In this document: positions 25,052 through 33,716 of the stretch, piece after piece
How the letters are laid out: every line of letters begins with the position of its first letter
How positions within the stretch are numbered: position 1 is the stretch's first letter
DNA from: Bacillota bacterium
Lineage (GTDB): Bacteria > Bacillota > Clostridia > Christensenellales > CAG-138
Assembly: GCA_023396535.1 (NCBI GenBank)
Contig: JAEWWD010000090.1
Coordinates: 1 to 38,575 of the forward strand
Direction: 5' to 3'
Length of the DNA stretch: 38,575 bases
Position numbers and translations under genes: made by a program
The notes under the pieces: model-generated
Told to the model about the DNA's origin: nothing
The model's database searches: none
What the model saw: the letters and a program-made list of their open reading frames with translations, nothing else

Positions 25052-26161
25052 ATGTTTACTATATTGAAGGGCGCGGAGTGTTTTGCCCCTGAACCAATCG
25101 GCCGGAAAGACATATTGATTTGCGGGGATAAAATACTCAAGATCGCCGATCCCGGTAGTCTAGATAAGTTACCCGAGTTCGGAACCGTTATTGATTGCAG
25201 CGGCTTGCTGGCTTTTCCCGGCATTATGGATCAGCATATCCATTTGATCGGCGGCGGGGGCGAAAACGGCCCGGCCAGCAGGATAGAAGAGATCAGCCTG
25301 GATGAGATACTGCTTGCAGGTGTCAGCACTGTGGTTGGCGTACTCGGATTTGACAGTTACACCAAAAGCCTGAAAAGTCTGCTGGCAAAAGCGAATACGC
25401 TGGAGGCCAAGGGGCTGACAGCGTACATCTATACCGGCAGTTATGCCATTCCAACCGTTACCATCACGGGAACGATTGCGGAGGATTTGATCCTTATTGA
25501 TAAGATCATCGGTACAGGCGAAATTGCGATATCGGATTATCGTTCCTCTCAGCCGACGTATAATGAATTTGCGCAGCTTTCCGCGCAAAGCAACACAGCC
25601 GGGCTGATCAGCGGCAAGGCGGGCGTGGTTCATATTCATGTAGGCGATGGAAAGGCGGGATTGCGGCCGCTAATCAAGCTGCTGGAAGAAACGGATCTGC
25701 CCAAGGAAATGTTTGTGCCAACACATATGAACCGGAATGAAGCCTTGTTCGCACAGGCTGTGGAGTATTGCGCAAACGGAGGCAATATCGATCTGACGGC
25801 AGGGGAAACGAAAGGTATTCCCGTGCCGAAAGCCGTCAAAAGACTTCGCGAGGCGAATATGGATCTATCCCGCGTTACGATAAGTTCGGATGCAAACGGG
25901 AGCTCGGGAACGGACGTCACCCGGATAAGTTCCCTGTTTGAGGACCTGAAAAATGCCATACAGAACGAGAATATACCGGCTGCCGACATGTTCCGCTTTG
26001 TAACGGAGAATGTGGCCAGAGTATTGAAGCTGTACCCCACCAAAGGAACATTGCGTGAAGCGAGCGATGCGGATATATTGGTGCTGGACCGTGCTTATAC
26101 CATTCAGAAACTGTTTTGCAGAGGGAAACTGACCATGGATAACGGAAGAGTCGTTAGGTAG
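25052..26161 (+). CDS. iadA: Isoaspartyl dipeptidase (beta-aspartyl dipeptidase)
   Basis: It matches E. coli IadA as I recall it along its whole length: MFTILKGAECFAPEP, PGIMDQHIHLIGGGGENGPASR, VVGVLGFDS, YTGSYAIPTVTITG, PTHMNRN and ISSDANGS. I prefer the start at 25052 over the ORF-track 25022. Confidence 0.85.
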   Translation: MFTILKGAECFAPEPIGRKDILICGDKILKIADPGSLDKLPEFGTVIDCSGLLAFPGIMDQHIHLIGGGGENGPASRIEEISLDEILLAGVSTVVGVLGFDSYTKSLKSLLAKANTLEAKGLTAYIYTGSYAIPTVTITGTIAEDLILIDKIIGTGEIAISDYRSSQPTYNEFAQLSAQSNTAGLISGKAGVVHIHVGDGKAGLRPLIKLLEETDLPKEMFVPTHMNRNEALFAQAVEYCANGGNIDLTAGETKGIPVPKAVKRLREANMDLSRVTISSDANGSSGTDVTRISSLFEDLKNAIQNENIPAADMFRFVTENVARVLKLYPTKGTLREASDADILVLDRAYTIQKLFCRGKLTMDNGRVVR

Positions 26162-26164
26162 CGT

Positions 26165-26968
26165 ATGAGCGGAAATGGGTATTTGCTGATTATTGGCGGC
26201 GCGGAAGATAAACACGGGAAACGCTCTATTTTGAGCCAGGCGGCGGATATGGTAAGGAAGGACGAGATTCTTACCATTATTACGACTGCCACAAATTATC
26301 CTGAAGAGGTCGGCCAGGAATACAAGGATGTTTTTTATAAACTCGGTGTGGATCATATCAATATCTTAAACATCGACACACGGGATGACGCCAACAGTGA
26401 AGATACCTGTGAAGTAATACGCGAGTCAAAATGCATATTTTTCACAGGGGGCGATCAACTCCGAATCACCAGCATACTGGGCGGGACAAAGGCGAACAGT
26501 GAATTACAGTATCTTTATCGCGACGGCGGATTCATCATGGGAACCAGCGCGGGCGCTTCCGCGATGAGCTCCACTATGATCGTACAGGGGAATGATAACG
26601 AGCCCGCAAGAAAATGTACCCTGAAAATGGCGCCGGGGTTAGGGTTGATCGAAAACTGCATCATTGACCAGCATTTCGATCAGAGAGGCAGATTTGGACG
26701 TTTGCTGTGCGGTATTGCGGAGAACCCGAATGTGATCGGCATAGGCATAGACGAGAATACGGCGATAAAAGTGTATCCGGATATTCATTTTGAGGTTATC
26801 GGGGAGAATTCTGTTACTGTGATAGACGGCAGTACGATCCAAAGCTCCAACGTTGCGGAACTGGAGCCAAATGAGCTTCTTGCGATAGTCGGCGTATCCG
26901 TGCATATTTTGCCCTATGGATACGGATATGATCTTGTGACCAAAGAAGTCATAAAACTGGAGAGGTAA
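26165..26968 (+). CDS. cphB: Cyanophycinase (peptidase S51), intracellular type (no signal peptide)
   Basis: LLIIGGAEDKHG, IFFTGGDQLRI, the catalytic-serine motif GTSAGASAMS, and IDQHFDQRGRFGRL. Confidence 0.85.
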   Translation: MSGNGYLLIIGGAEDKHGKRSILSQAADMVRKDEILTIITTATNYPEEVGQEYKDVFYKLGVDHINILNIDTRDDANSEDTCEVIRESKCIFFTGGDQLRITSILGGTKANSELQYLYRDGGFIMGTSAGASAMSSTMIVQGNDNEPARKCTLKMAPGLGLIENCIIDQHFDQRGRFGRLLCGIAENPNVIGIGIDENTAIKVYPDIHFEVIGENSVTVIDGSTIQSSNVAELEPNELLAIVGVSVHILPYGYGYDLVTKEVIKLER

Positions 26969-26978
26969 ACAGGAAAGC

Positions 26979-29588
26979 ATGATAAAGATCATCGATGTTA
27001 TCACTCTTAGGGGCAGAAACATTTACAGTCACTTTCCTGTTATTAAAATAGTCGTCGACACTGGGAAATATGGCCAGGTCATGACGACGGAAATCGAACA
27101 TTTTAACGATTGGGTTTTAACGGAGTTCCCGGGCCTTAAAACAAATGTATGCGGGCTCGGGTATGAGGGAGGGTTTCTAGAGCGCCTGAAAGAAGGGACA
27201 TTGCTGGCGCATGTCGTGGAGCATATCATACTGGAAATGCAGTTTATGGTCGGATATAACGTTACGTTCGGCAAGACCAGAATTATGGACAAGCCTGAGC
27301 AGTCGTATATCATATATGAATACATGAACGAGGCGTGCGGTCTGGAATGCGGGAAAGCAGCCATTTATATTGTAAATGGCTTCCTGAAGCATAAAAAAAT
27401 AAACGTTCAGCAAATGATCGAAAGAATAAAGGAAATATCCAGGGATACCGATCTTGGCCCGAGTACGAGCGCGATTTTCAATGAGGCCAAAAACCGCGGC
27501 ATCCCCGTAAGCCGGCTGGGAAATGAGAGCATTATCCAATTGGGATACGGCAAATATCAGCACAGGCAGCAGGCCACGCTGGCCGATACGACCTCCTGCA
27601 TTGCGGTGGATATTTCATCCGACAAGCACCTTACCAAGACGCTGTTGAAGCAGCAGGGGATACCTGTTCCGGACGGTAAAATGGCCTACAGCGAGATATC
27701 CGCCATGGAAGCGGCAAAAGAAATCGGTTTTCCCGTCGCGATCAAGCCGTTTGACGGTAATCAGGGAAAAGGCGTTCATTTGAACCTGAAAAACGAGCGT
27801 GAGATGAAATCGGCCCTGAAAGACGCGTTCCTTTATAGCAATGCCGTAATCGTGGAACGCTTTGTTTTAGGAAAGGACTATCGCGTACTGGTCGTAGGCA
27901 ATAAAGTAAGCGCCGTATCTGAAAGAATTCCGGCCTGTGTGACGGGAAACGGCATACACACCGTTTCGGAACTTGTGGAATTGACTAACCAGTCGGAAAA
28001 CAGGGGCGATCATCACGAAAAACCGTTGACGAAAATCAAGCTGGACGCCAATGCGCGGCGGCTGCTTAAAAGATATAAATTGTCCCCATCTTCCGTTCCG
28101 GAAAAAGGCGTCAGAGTATTGCTTCGGGAGAACGGCAACCTCAGCACCGGCGGAACGGCTATCGACCGGACGGATGAGATTCATCCCGATAACGCGGAGC
28201 TCGCCATTCGGGCTGCTTCCGCTTTGGGTATCGACATAGCGGGGATAGATTTTGTAACAAAGGATATCTCCATACCTGCGGCACTGAACGGAGGCGTAAT
28301 CGTAGAGGTGAATACTGCCCCGGGAATTCGCATGCATCTTTACCCCTCGGAAGGAAAAGCCCGCAATGTGGCAAAGGATATTGTGGACTTTTTATTCCCG
28401 CACAACGAAGCCATGCAATTTCCGATCGTTTCCGTAACGGGTACCAACGGAAAAACGACGACGACGCGCCTCATAGCGCATACCCTGTTAAGGTCAGGGC
28501 GCTCCGTCGGTATGACGAGTACGTCGGGCACTTACATCAATGGGAAGCGCATTCATGCGGGTGACGATACGGGGGCTATGAGCGCAAGCATGGTTTTATC
28601 CTCAAAAGCCGTGGATATTGCGGTGCTTGAAACAGCCCGCGGCGGCATTTTACGCTCCGGACTGGGGTATGATCTGGCGGATGTCGGCGTCATTACGAAT
28701 ATCGCGGATGACCACTTGGGATTGGAAGGCATTCACACGCTCGAAGAGATGGCGTTTGTAAAGTCGCTCGTGGCGGAAGCGGTAAAAGATACGGGTTATG
28801 CGGTATTGAACGCTGCGGATAGCATGACCGAGTCAATTATAAAGCGCGTAAAATCAAATATCATATTGTTCGCAAAATCTGCCGATGCCTTTCAAACAAG
28901 ATATAACCGCGAGATCAAGGTATATGTTTCCGACGGCATGATAACCGTCGATGATGGTAAACCCAAGCCTGTTGTCGCTATACGGGATATTCCCATTACC
29001 AGAAACGGCTCCATACCGTGCAACGTGGAGAATTGCCTGGCTGCAACAGCAGCGCTTTACGCATTGAAAATACCCTTGCAGGATATCGCAAACGGCTTGT
29101 TAACCTATGTGCAGAATGAAGGACGGTTTGATCACCATGTCATGAATGGCTACGCCATATTGCTGGATTACGGGCATAACCTGCCCGGCTATGAATCCGT
29201 AGTGCAGGCTTTGCCGGCATACAACGCAAAGCGGCTGGTCGGTATTATCGGCATGCCGGGAGACAGGCAAAATGAAGCGATAGAAGCGGTGGGCAAATTA
29301 TGTGCGCGGCACTTCCAAAAGATATATATCAAAGAGGATGAGCATCTGAGGGGGCGCAAGAGAGGCGAAGTCAATAAAATACTGTACAAAGTCGTTTCGG
29401 GCGCAAAATTTTCCAAACAGGATATTATCATAACCGAAAATGAAATTGCGGCGCTCCAGAATGCTATGGAAACAGCGCAAGAAGGCGATTTGATAGTAGT
29501 TTTTTATGAACATCTCGAACCAATACTGGAACTCATTCGGGGCTTTGATCCGGGATTGAATAAGCCTGATGCTACAGCTCCCTTGTAA
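26979..29588 (+). CDS. cphA: Cyanophycin synthetase
   Basis: 869 aa. It has the characteristic N-terminal domain (IKIIDVITLRGRNIYSHFPVIK; LAHVVEHIILEMQ), an ATP-grasp domain (KPFDGNQGKGV; NGNLSTGGTA; VEVNTAPG) and a Mur-ligase-like domain (VTGTNGKTTTT). Confidence 0.9.
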   Translation: MIKIIDVITLRGRNIYSHFPVIKIVVDTGKYGQVMTTEIEHFNDWVLTEFPGLKTNVCGLGYEGGFLERLKEGTLLAHVVEHIILEMQFMVGYNVTFGKTRIMDKPEQSYIIYEYMNEACGLECGKAAIYIVNGFLKHKKINVQQMIERIKEISRDTDLGPSTSAIFNEAKNRGIPVSRLGNESIIQLGYGKYQHRQQATLADTTSCIAVDISSDKHLTKTLLKQQGIPVPDGKMAYSEISAMEAAKEIGFPVAIKPFDGNQGKGVHLNLKNEREMKSALKDAFLYSNAVIVERFVLGKDYRVLVVGNKVSAVSERIPACVTGNGIHTVSELVELTNQSENRGDHHEKPLTKIKLDANARRLLKRYKLSPSSVPEKGVRVLLRENGNLSTGGTAIDRTDEIHPDNAELAIRAASALGIDIAGIDFVTKDISIPAALNGGVIVEVNTAPGIRMHLYPSEGKARNVAKDIVDFLFPHNEAMQFPIVSVTGTNGKTTTTRLIAHTLLRSGRSVGMTSTSGTYINGKRIHAGDDTGAMSASMVLSSKAVDIAVLETARGGILRSGLGYDLADVGVITNIADDHLGLEGIHTLEEMAFVKSLVAEAVKDTGYAVLNAADSMTESIIKRVKSNIILFAKSADAFQTRYNREIKVYVSDGMITVDDGKPKPVVAIRDIPITRNGSIPCNVENCLAATAALYALKIPLQDIANGLLTYVQNEGRFDHHVMNGYAILLDYGHNLPGYESVVQALPAYNAKRLVGIIGMPGDRQNEAIEAVGKLCARHFQKIYIKEDEHLRGRKRGEVNKILYKVVSGAKFSKQDIIITENEIAALQNAMETAQEGDLIVVFYEHLEPILELIRGFDPGLNKPDATAPL

Positions 29589-29609
29589 CTGATATTGATC
29601 AAAGGCCTG

Positions 29610-30287
29610 CTACTTAAACAAATGAATGTTCTGGTATTGGTATACCTTTACGGAGGTAAGGATGTCGCGGACATGCTCGACCATACTGCGCTGCGCGGCT
29701 TCGCTGTCCCCGTCCTTAATCGCATTGAGCACGGCGTCATGCTGCGCAAGAGAGCTGTATAAGCGGGATTCCACTTTGGTTATCGGCAATGTAACACGGC
29801 TGAAGGGCACGAATATACTTTCGAGCATGCTGAGCAACTGCCGGTTTTGGGAGATCTTTGCGACCGTAATATGAAACCGGTAATCCCACTCGGTAAGCAT
29901 TTGCGTCTGCGCAAAAGGGATTCCACGATGGAAGTCGTTGACCTGCTCCAGTTCCCTGATATCGGCGGCGGAACGGCGCTTGGCGGCGTAAAAGGCGGCG
30001 CTGGCTTCCAGGCATTCGCGCACTTCCAGCAGTTCCACCACGTCGGTATAGCTGATCTTTGAGACGATAGCGGCGCGATCGGGAGCCAGATCGACAAACC
30101 CCTCGTAAGCCAGCCGGCTGATGGCTTCCTTGACCGGCGTACGGCTGACATCCAACTGCGCGCTCAGTTCGCGGATGGACAGAACCGTGTCCGGCGGATA
30201 CGTGTTATCGACAATTTTTTCGCGTATTTTTCGGTAAGCGTATTCCGCTTTGCTGCTTTCAGCCACAGGAGGCTGCTTAAACTCCAT
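29610..30287 (-). CDS. GntR-family transcriptional regulator (FadR/FCD subfamily)
   Basis: The N-terminal winged HTH is YRKIREKIVDNTYPPDTVLSIRELSAQLDVSRTPVKEAISRLAYEGFV, followed by an all-helical FCD-like C-terminal domain. A GAGGA RBS is present. Confidence 0.85.
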   Translation of the reverse strand: MEFKQPPVAESSKAEYAYRKIREKIVDNTYPPDTVLSIRELSAQLDVSRTPVKEAISRLAYEGFVDLAPDRAAIVSKISYTDVVELLEVRECLEASAAFYAAKRRSAADIRELEQVNDFHRGIPFAQTQMLTEWDYRFHITVAKISQNRQLLSMLESIFVPFSRVTLPITKVESRLYSSLAQHDAVLNAIKDGDSEAAQRSMVEHVRDILTSVKVYQYQNIHLFK

Positions 30288-30363
30288 ATCGTATCCTCAG
30301 CATTTCTTTTTTCAGGCGGCATGTGCGCGATGGCGCCGCATTGGTGGAGACATATTTTTTAAT

Positions 30364-30392
30364 ACTCTATACCGGAATTGTACCGGTGTCAA
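30364..30392 (-). promoter_or_regulatory. Promoter candidate for the GntR gene, with a possible operator in the spacer
   Basis: On the minus strand: TTGACA (30392-30387), a 17-nt spacer ccggtacaattccggta, then TAGAGT (30369-30364). The spacer carries an ACCGGT / TCCGGT repeat. Confidence 0.4.
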
Positions 30393-30421
30393 TTTCCATT
30401 TCGCAGTATTCCGACTAATTC

Positions 30422-31240
30422 TTATTGCTGCCAAAGCCGTTCGAGTATGGCCTTGCCATTTGCCGCGGCAGTCTCACCATCAGGGAAGGGAAGGCACTCC
30501 ACCGACAGGCTGCCCGGATAGCCTATGTCTTCCAGCGCCCGCAGTATGGGAACGAAATCGATATGACCGCTCCCCGGGCTAAGCCGGTTGCTGTCGGCGA
30601 AGTGGATATAGCCCAGCCTTTCGCCGGCCAGTCGTACAGCCGCAGCCGGATCGCGTTCCTCGATATTCATATGGAAGGTATCCAGGTGGATATAGGCGTT
30701 GGGGATATCATACCGCGTCAGGAAATCCAACAGTTCAGCGCAGGTATTGAAGTTATTGGTTTCATAACGGTTGATCACCTCTATCAGAAGCTTCTGCTTT
30801 TTGCGTGCGGCGTAAACAGCCAGTTGACAAAGCTGGGCGGCAAGAAGATCGTCAAAACCCTCCGCGTTTTCCGGGCGCCGTCCTTTCACCCAGCCGATTA
30901 CAACCCCGTCCGCTGCATGAAGCTCCGCGGCGATATCTATGTAGGAATACAGTTCTTCCATTGCGGCTTCGCGATTCGCTGGATCCGGGGAAGTGATGCA
31001 GCGGTTGCGTCGGGTATACACGCGCCCTGTTGCAATGGCGGCAACGCGTATCTGATGCGCGTTGCAGGCATCCGCAAGGAGGCGCGTAGGAAACATTGCC
31101 GGTTCAACTACATGGATTTCCATCGACTGGTAGCCAAGCGCGGCGGTTTTACCCACAGCCTGCAGCAGATCGCCCTGTAGCAGGAGAGGCGCGCCGGGGC
31201 TGATCTCGTCGATAACGGTAGTCGCATATATATGCTTCAT
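30422..31240 (-). CDS. Sugar phosphate isomerase/epimerase (xylose-isomerase-like TIM barrel)
   Basis: An AAGGAGG RBS is present. Family pattern: LLIEVINRYETNNFNT, YIHLDTFHMNIEE, GYIHFADSNRLSPGSGHIDF, GYPGSLSVEC. Confidence 0.8.
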   Translation of the reverse strand: MKHIYATTVIDEISPGAPLLLQGDLLQAVGKTAALGYQSMEIHVVEPAMFPTRLLADACNAHQIRVAAIATGRVYTRRNRCITSPDPANREAAMEELYSYIDIAAELHAADGVVIGWVKGRRPENAEGFDDLLAAQLCQLAVYAARKKQKLLIEVINRYETNNFNTCAELLDFLTRYDIPNAYIHLDTFHMNIEERDPAAAVRLAGERLGYIHFADSNRLSPGSGHIDFVPILRALEDIGYPGSLSVECLPFPDGETAAANGKAILERLWQQ

Positions 31241-31261
31241 AGCGCGCCTCCTTGCCGATGG

Positions 31262-32224
31262 TTAATACGTCAGGGTATAGATATGGCGGCCGCCGGGTTC
31301 GTTCGGCCCCTTGATGACGGCTTCAATATCCTCGCGGTTGCGCTGGGTCATCATATCGATAGGCGGCAGTTTGCCGGCGGGATATGCAAAAAGAATATCG
31401 TTGACCAGCTTTTCCAGGTAATCCAGCGTTTTTTCCACGCCGCGCCGCGCTTTCTCGGCATCGGCGTTGGATGCGTCGCCGATTACGCCTTCCGGCTGAC
31501 AAATGCATTCCATGCCGCAGGACCCAAGCGCGTTATACCATTTGATCGGCCCGGCGCCGCGCTCGGCGGAGTTATTGATGTGGCCGGCGGGAAGCAGCGG
31601 CGCGGCCGAGGTTTTTACGGCATATTGCTGTTTGCAAAGCTCAGGGAACAGCGCCAGGGACCAGGACTGCTCGACTTCGTCGGCGTGTATGAACGGTGTG
31701 TCATAAGGCCCGCCGTTTTCCTTGGTATCCAATTCTTCCTTCGCACAATTCCAGAAATGCGTATAGAGTATGATGGAGGGAACTTGGAACTTCTTTCCGA
31801 ATTTGTGGATGGCGAGAGGAATGACATAATCCTGACCGTGGCCGTTGACGACGATGATCTTTCTGAAGCCCGTGTTCCAGAAACCGGCGAAAACATATAC
31901 GAGATAATCCGCCAGGGTTTCTTCCGGGATCATAATCGTGCCCTTCTGCCCCAGATGATGATACGGATGGGAGCCGTACCAGATGGGCTGGGCTACCGTG
32001 CAGCCTGTCGCCTTGGCAACCTGCTCGCACAGGCGGGTATCGAGATACGTATCTTCGCCGTAAGGCGCGCTGGGACCATGATTTTCTGTGGAACCGACCG
32101 GAAGCAGGAGTACGTCGTTCTTTTTCAGGCGTTCAGCGACTTCAAGGTTGGTCATGTTCTGATAATAAATACCGTTGGCGGATTCCATGTTGCCGCCGGA
32201 TGCGGGGATCTGCCATTTGCTCAT
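31262..32224 (-). CDS. Creatininase (creatinine amidohydrolase) family protein
   Basis: LLLPVGSTENHGPSAPYGEDTYL and IIVVNGHGQD match the family metal-binding pattern LPxGxxEqHGxH...D ... NGHxxN. 320 aa. Confidence 0.65.
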   Translation of the reverse strand: MSKWQIPASGGNMESANGIYYQNMTNLEVAERLKKNDVLLLPVGSTENHGPSAPYGEDTYLDTRLCEQVAKATGCTVAQPIWYGSHPYHHLGQKGTIMIPEETLADYLVYVFAGFWNTGFRKIIVVNGHGQDYVIPLAIHKFGKKFQVPSIILYTHFWNCAKEELDTKENGGPYDTPFIHADEVEQSWSLALFPELCKQQYAVKTSAAPLLPAGHINNSAERGAGPIKWYNALGSCGMECICQPEGVIGDASNADAEKARRGVEKTLDYLEKLVNDILFAYPAGKLPPIDMMTQRNREDIEAVIKGPNEPGGRHIYTLTY

Positions 32225-32347
32225 AGTGCGATATCATCCTTTCTATCCGTATTAGACCCGTATTAGACGATTGCAATGTATTATTGCAGCTTGTAATACT
32301 GCTAAAAATGATGCAACGAGATTTATTGTGATGATTTGATCCGGTAT

Positions 32348-32368
32348 GGCATTCTGGTGGCATGCCAC
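32348..32368. promoter_or_regulatory. 21-bp site containing the perfect 12-bp palindrome GTGGCATGCCAC (left copy)
   Basis: GGCATTCTGGTGGCATGCCAC. Its reverse complement recurs at 32576-32596 with one mismatch. It lies in the divergent intergenic region. Confidence 0.55.
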
Positions 32369-32575
32369 TCGTGATAGATTATAGAATGGGTAAATAAGAA
32401 ATTCAAGTGGTTTTTGAGAATTCCCTATAAAATCTTTTTCGTGTATAGAAATATCCCAAAGAAAAGCAATAAAAGAGGTGGTTGACAACCACAATGAGTT
32501 ATTGTATGCTCATGCATATAGGACGCATCCGATCGATTTTAAGAATTTGTGCAATCACTATTTTTTTAGCCCAAG

Positions 32576-32596
32576 GTGGCATGCCACTAGAATGCC
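32576..32596. promoter_or_regulatory. 21-bp site containing GTGGCATGCCAC (right copy)
   Basis: GTGGCATGCCACTAGAATGCC, about 35 nt upstream of the dehydrogenase start codon. Confidence 0.55.
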
Positions 32597-32630
32597 GGTA
32601 GCAACAGATCAACAAAGAAGGTTGTTCGCT

Positions 32631-33704
32631 ATGCAAGAGAAAATGAAAGCCGTACAAATCCATGCCCCCGCTCAGTTTTCGGTGGATTGGGTCGACGTAC
32701 CCCGCCCCGGGCGCAACGAGGTTCTCGTTGAAATCAAGTCGGTAGCAATCTGCGGCTCCGATCCCGGCATATTTGGGGGCAAGGTGCTGCAAAACGGCTG
32801 GCCACCCTATTTTCCCTTCATCGCGGGGCACGAGTTTGCGGGACGTGTTGCCGCCCTGGGCGAGGGCGTCGTTAAACTAAAGGAGGGGGACAGGGTATCC
32901 GGCGAGGCGCATTGCGGGTGCGGTACCTGTCAGATGTGCGCGGCCGGGCGTTATAACCTTTGTTTGAATTACGGCCGGCCAGACAGCGGGCATCACCATT
33001 ATGGGCACAACACGCCGGGCTGTTACGCCCAGTATCAGGTCTATGATCAAAAGGCGCTGACCATACTGCCGGATACTGTGAGCTATGACGAAGGGACGCT
33101 TGTGGATACCGCCGGCACCGCTTACAACGCGCTGCGTTTGACGGGCGTGGAGCCGGGCGGCTACACGGCGATCATAGGCCCCGGCCCTATGGGCATGATG
33201 GCGATGCTGATCGCAAAGGCGCTTGGCTCCCGTACGATCATGATAGGCCGCGGGCAACGCCTTACTATGGCGAAAGCGCTGGGCGCAGACCATACGGTCG
33301 ATTACGAGCAGAGCAGCGACGTAGTCTGCGCCGTGCGGGAACTTACGGGAGGGTATGGCGCACACCAGGTAGTAGAAGCCGCAGGCAACGCGTCGGCGTA
33401 TTATCAATCCGTGCAGATGGCGCGCAAGGGCGGGCACGTGGCGTTGATCAGCATCCCGCCCAAAGACGGGCAGGAAGCGGCCCTTAAAAGCCTCATTATG
33501 AATCAAATCACGCTGCACGGCGTACGGGCAAACCCGAATTGCTCCCAGCCTGTGCTGGAGCTGATTTCCTCCGGCAAAATCGCGGCGGCAAAAATGATCA
33601 CGCATGTATTTCCGATAGACGATATTCACGAGGCCTTCGACACCTTCCTGACGCGCAGGGACGGCGCCATGAAGGTTTTAATCCATCCCAACGGGGACTG
33701 TTGA
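32631..33704 (+). CDS. Zn-dependent medium-chain dehydrogenase (polyol/sorbitol/threonine dehydrogenase-like), paralog 1
   Basis: ICGSDPGIF, GHEFAG, the structural Zn cluster CGCGTCQMCAAGRYNLC, and the Rossmann motif IIGPGPMG. I chose the start at 32631 (AGAAGG RBS), trimming the ORF-track extension from 32478. Confidence 0.85.
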   Translation: MQEKMKAVQIHAPAQFSVDWVDVPRPGRNEVLVEIKSVAICGSDPGIFGGKVLQNGWPPYFPFIAGHEFAGRVAALGEGVVKLKEGDRVSGEAHCGCGTCQMCAAGRYNLCLNYGRPDSGHHHYGHNTPGCYAQYQVYDQKALTILPDTVSYDEGTLVDTAGTAYNALRLTGVEPGGYTAIIGPGPMGMMAMLIAKALGSRTIMIGRGQRLTMAKALGADHTVDYEQSSDVVCAVRELTGGYGAHQVVEAAGNASAYYQSVQMARKGGHVALISIPPKDGQEAALKSLIMNQITLHGVRANPNCSQPVLELISSGKIAAAKMITHVFPIDDIHEAFDTFLTRRDGAMKVLIHPNGDC

Positions 33705-33716
33705 GGAGATAAAGCA

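Noticed and set aside
30425-31180. 251-aa plus-strand ORF
   Set aside because: It is antisense to the TIM-barrel isomerase/epimerase gene, which has an AAGGAGG RBS and family motifs.
31232-32266. 344-aa plus-strand ORF
   Set aside because: It is antisense to the creatininase-family gene, which has family motifs and an RBS. The plus-strand product has no recognisable features.
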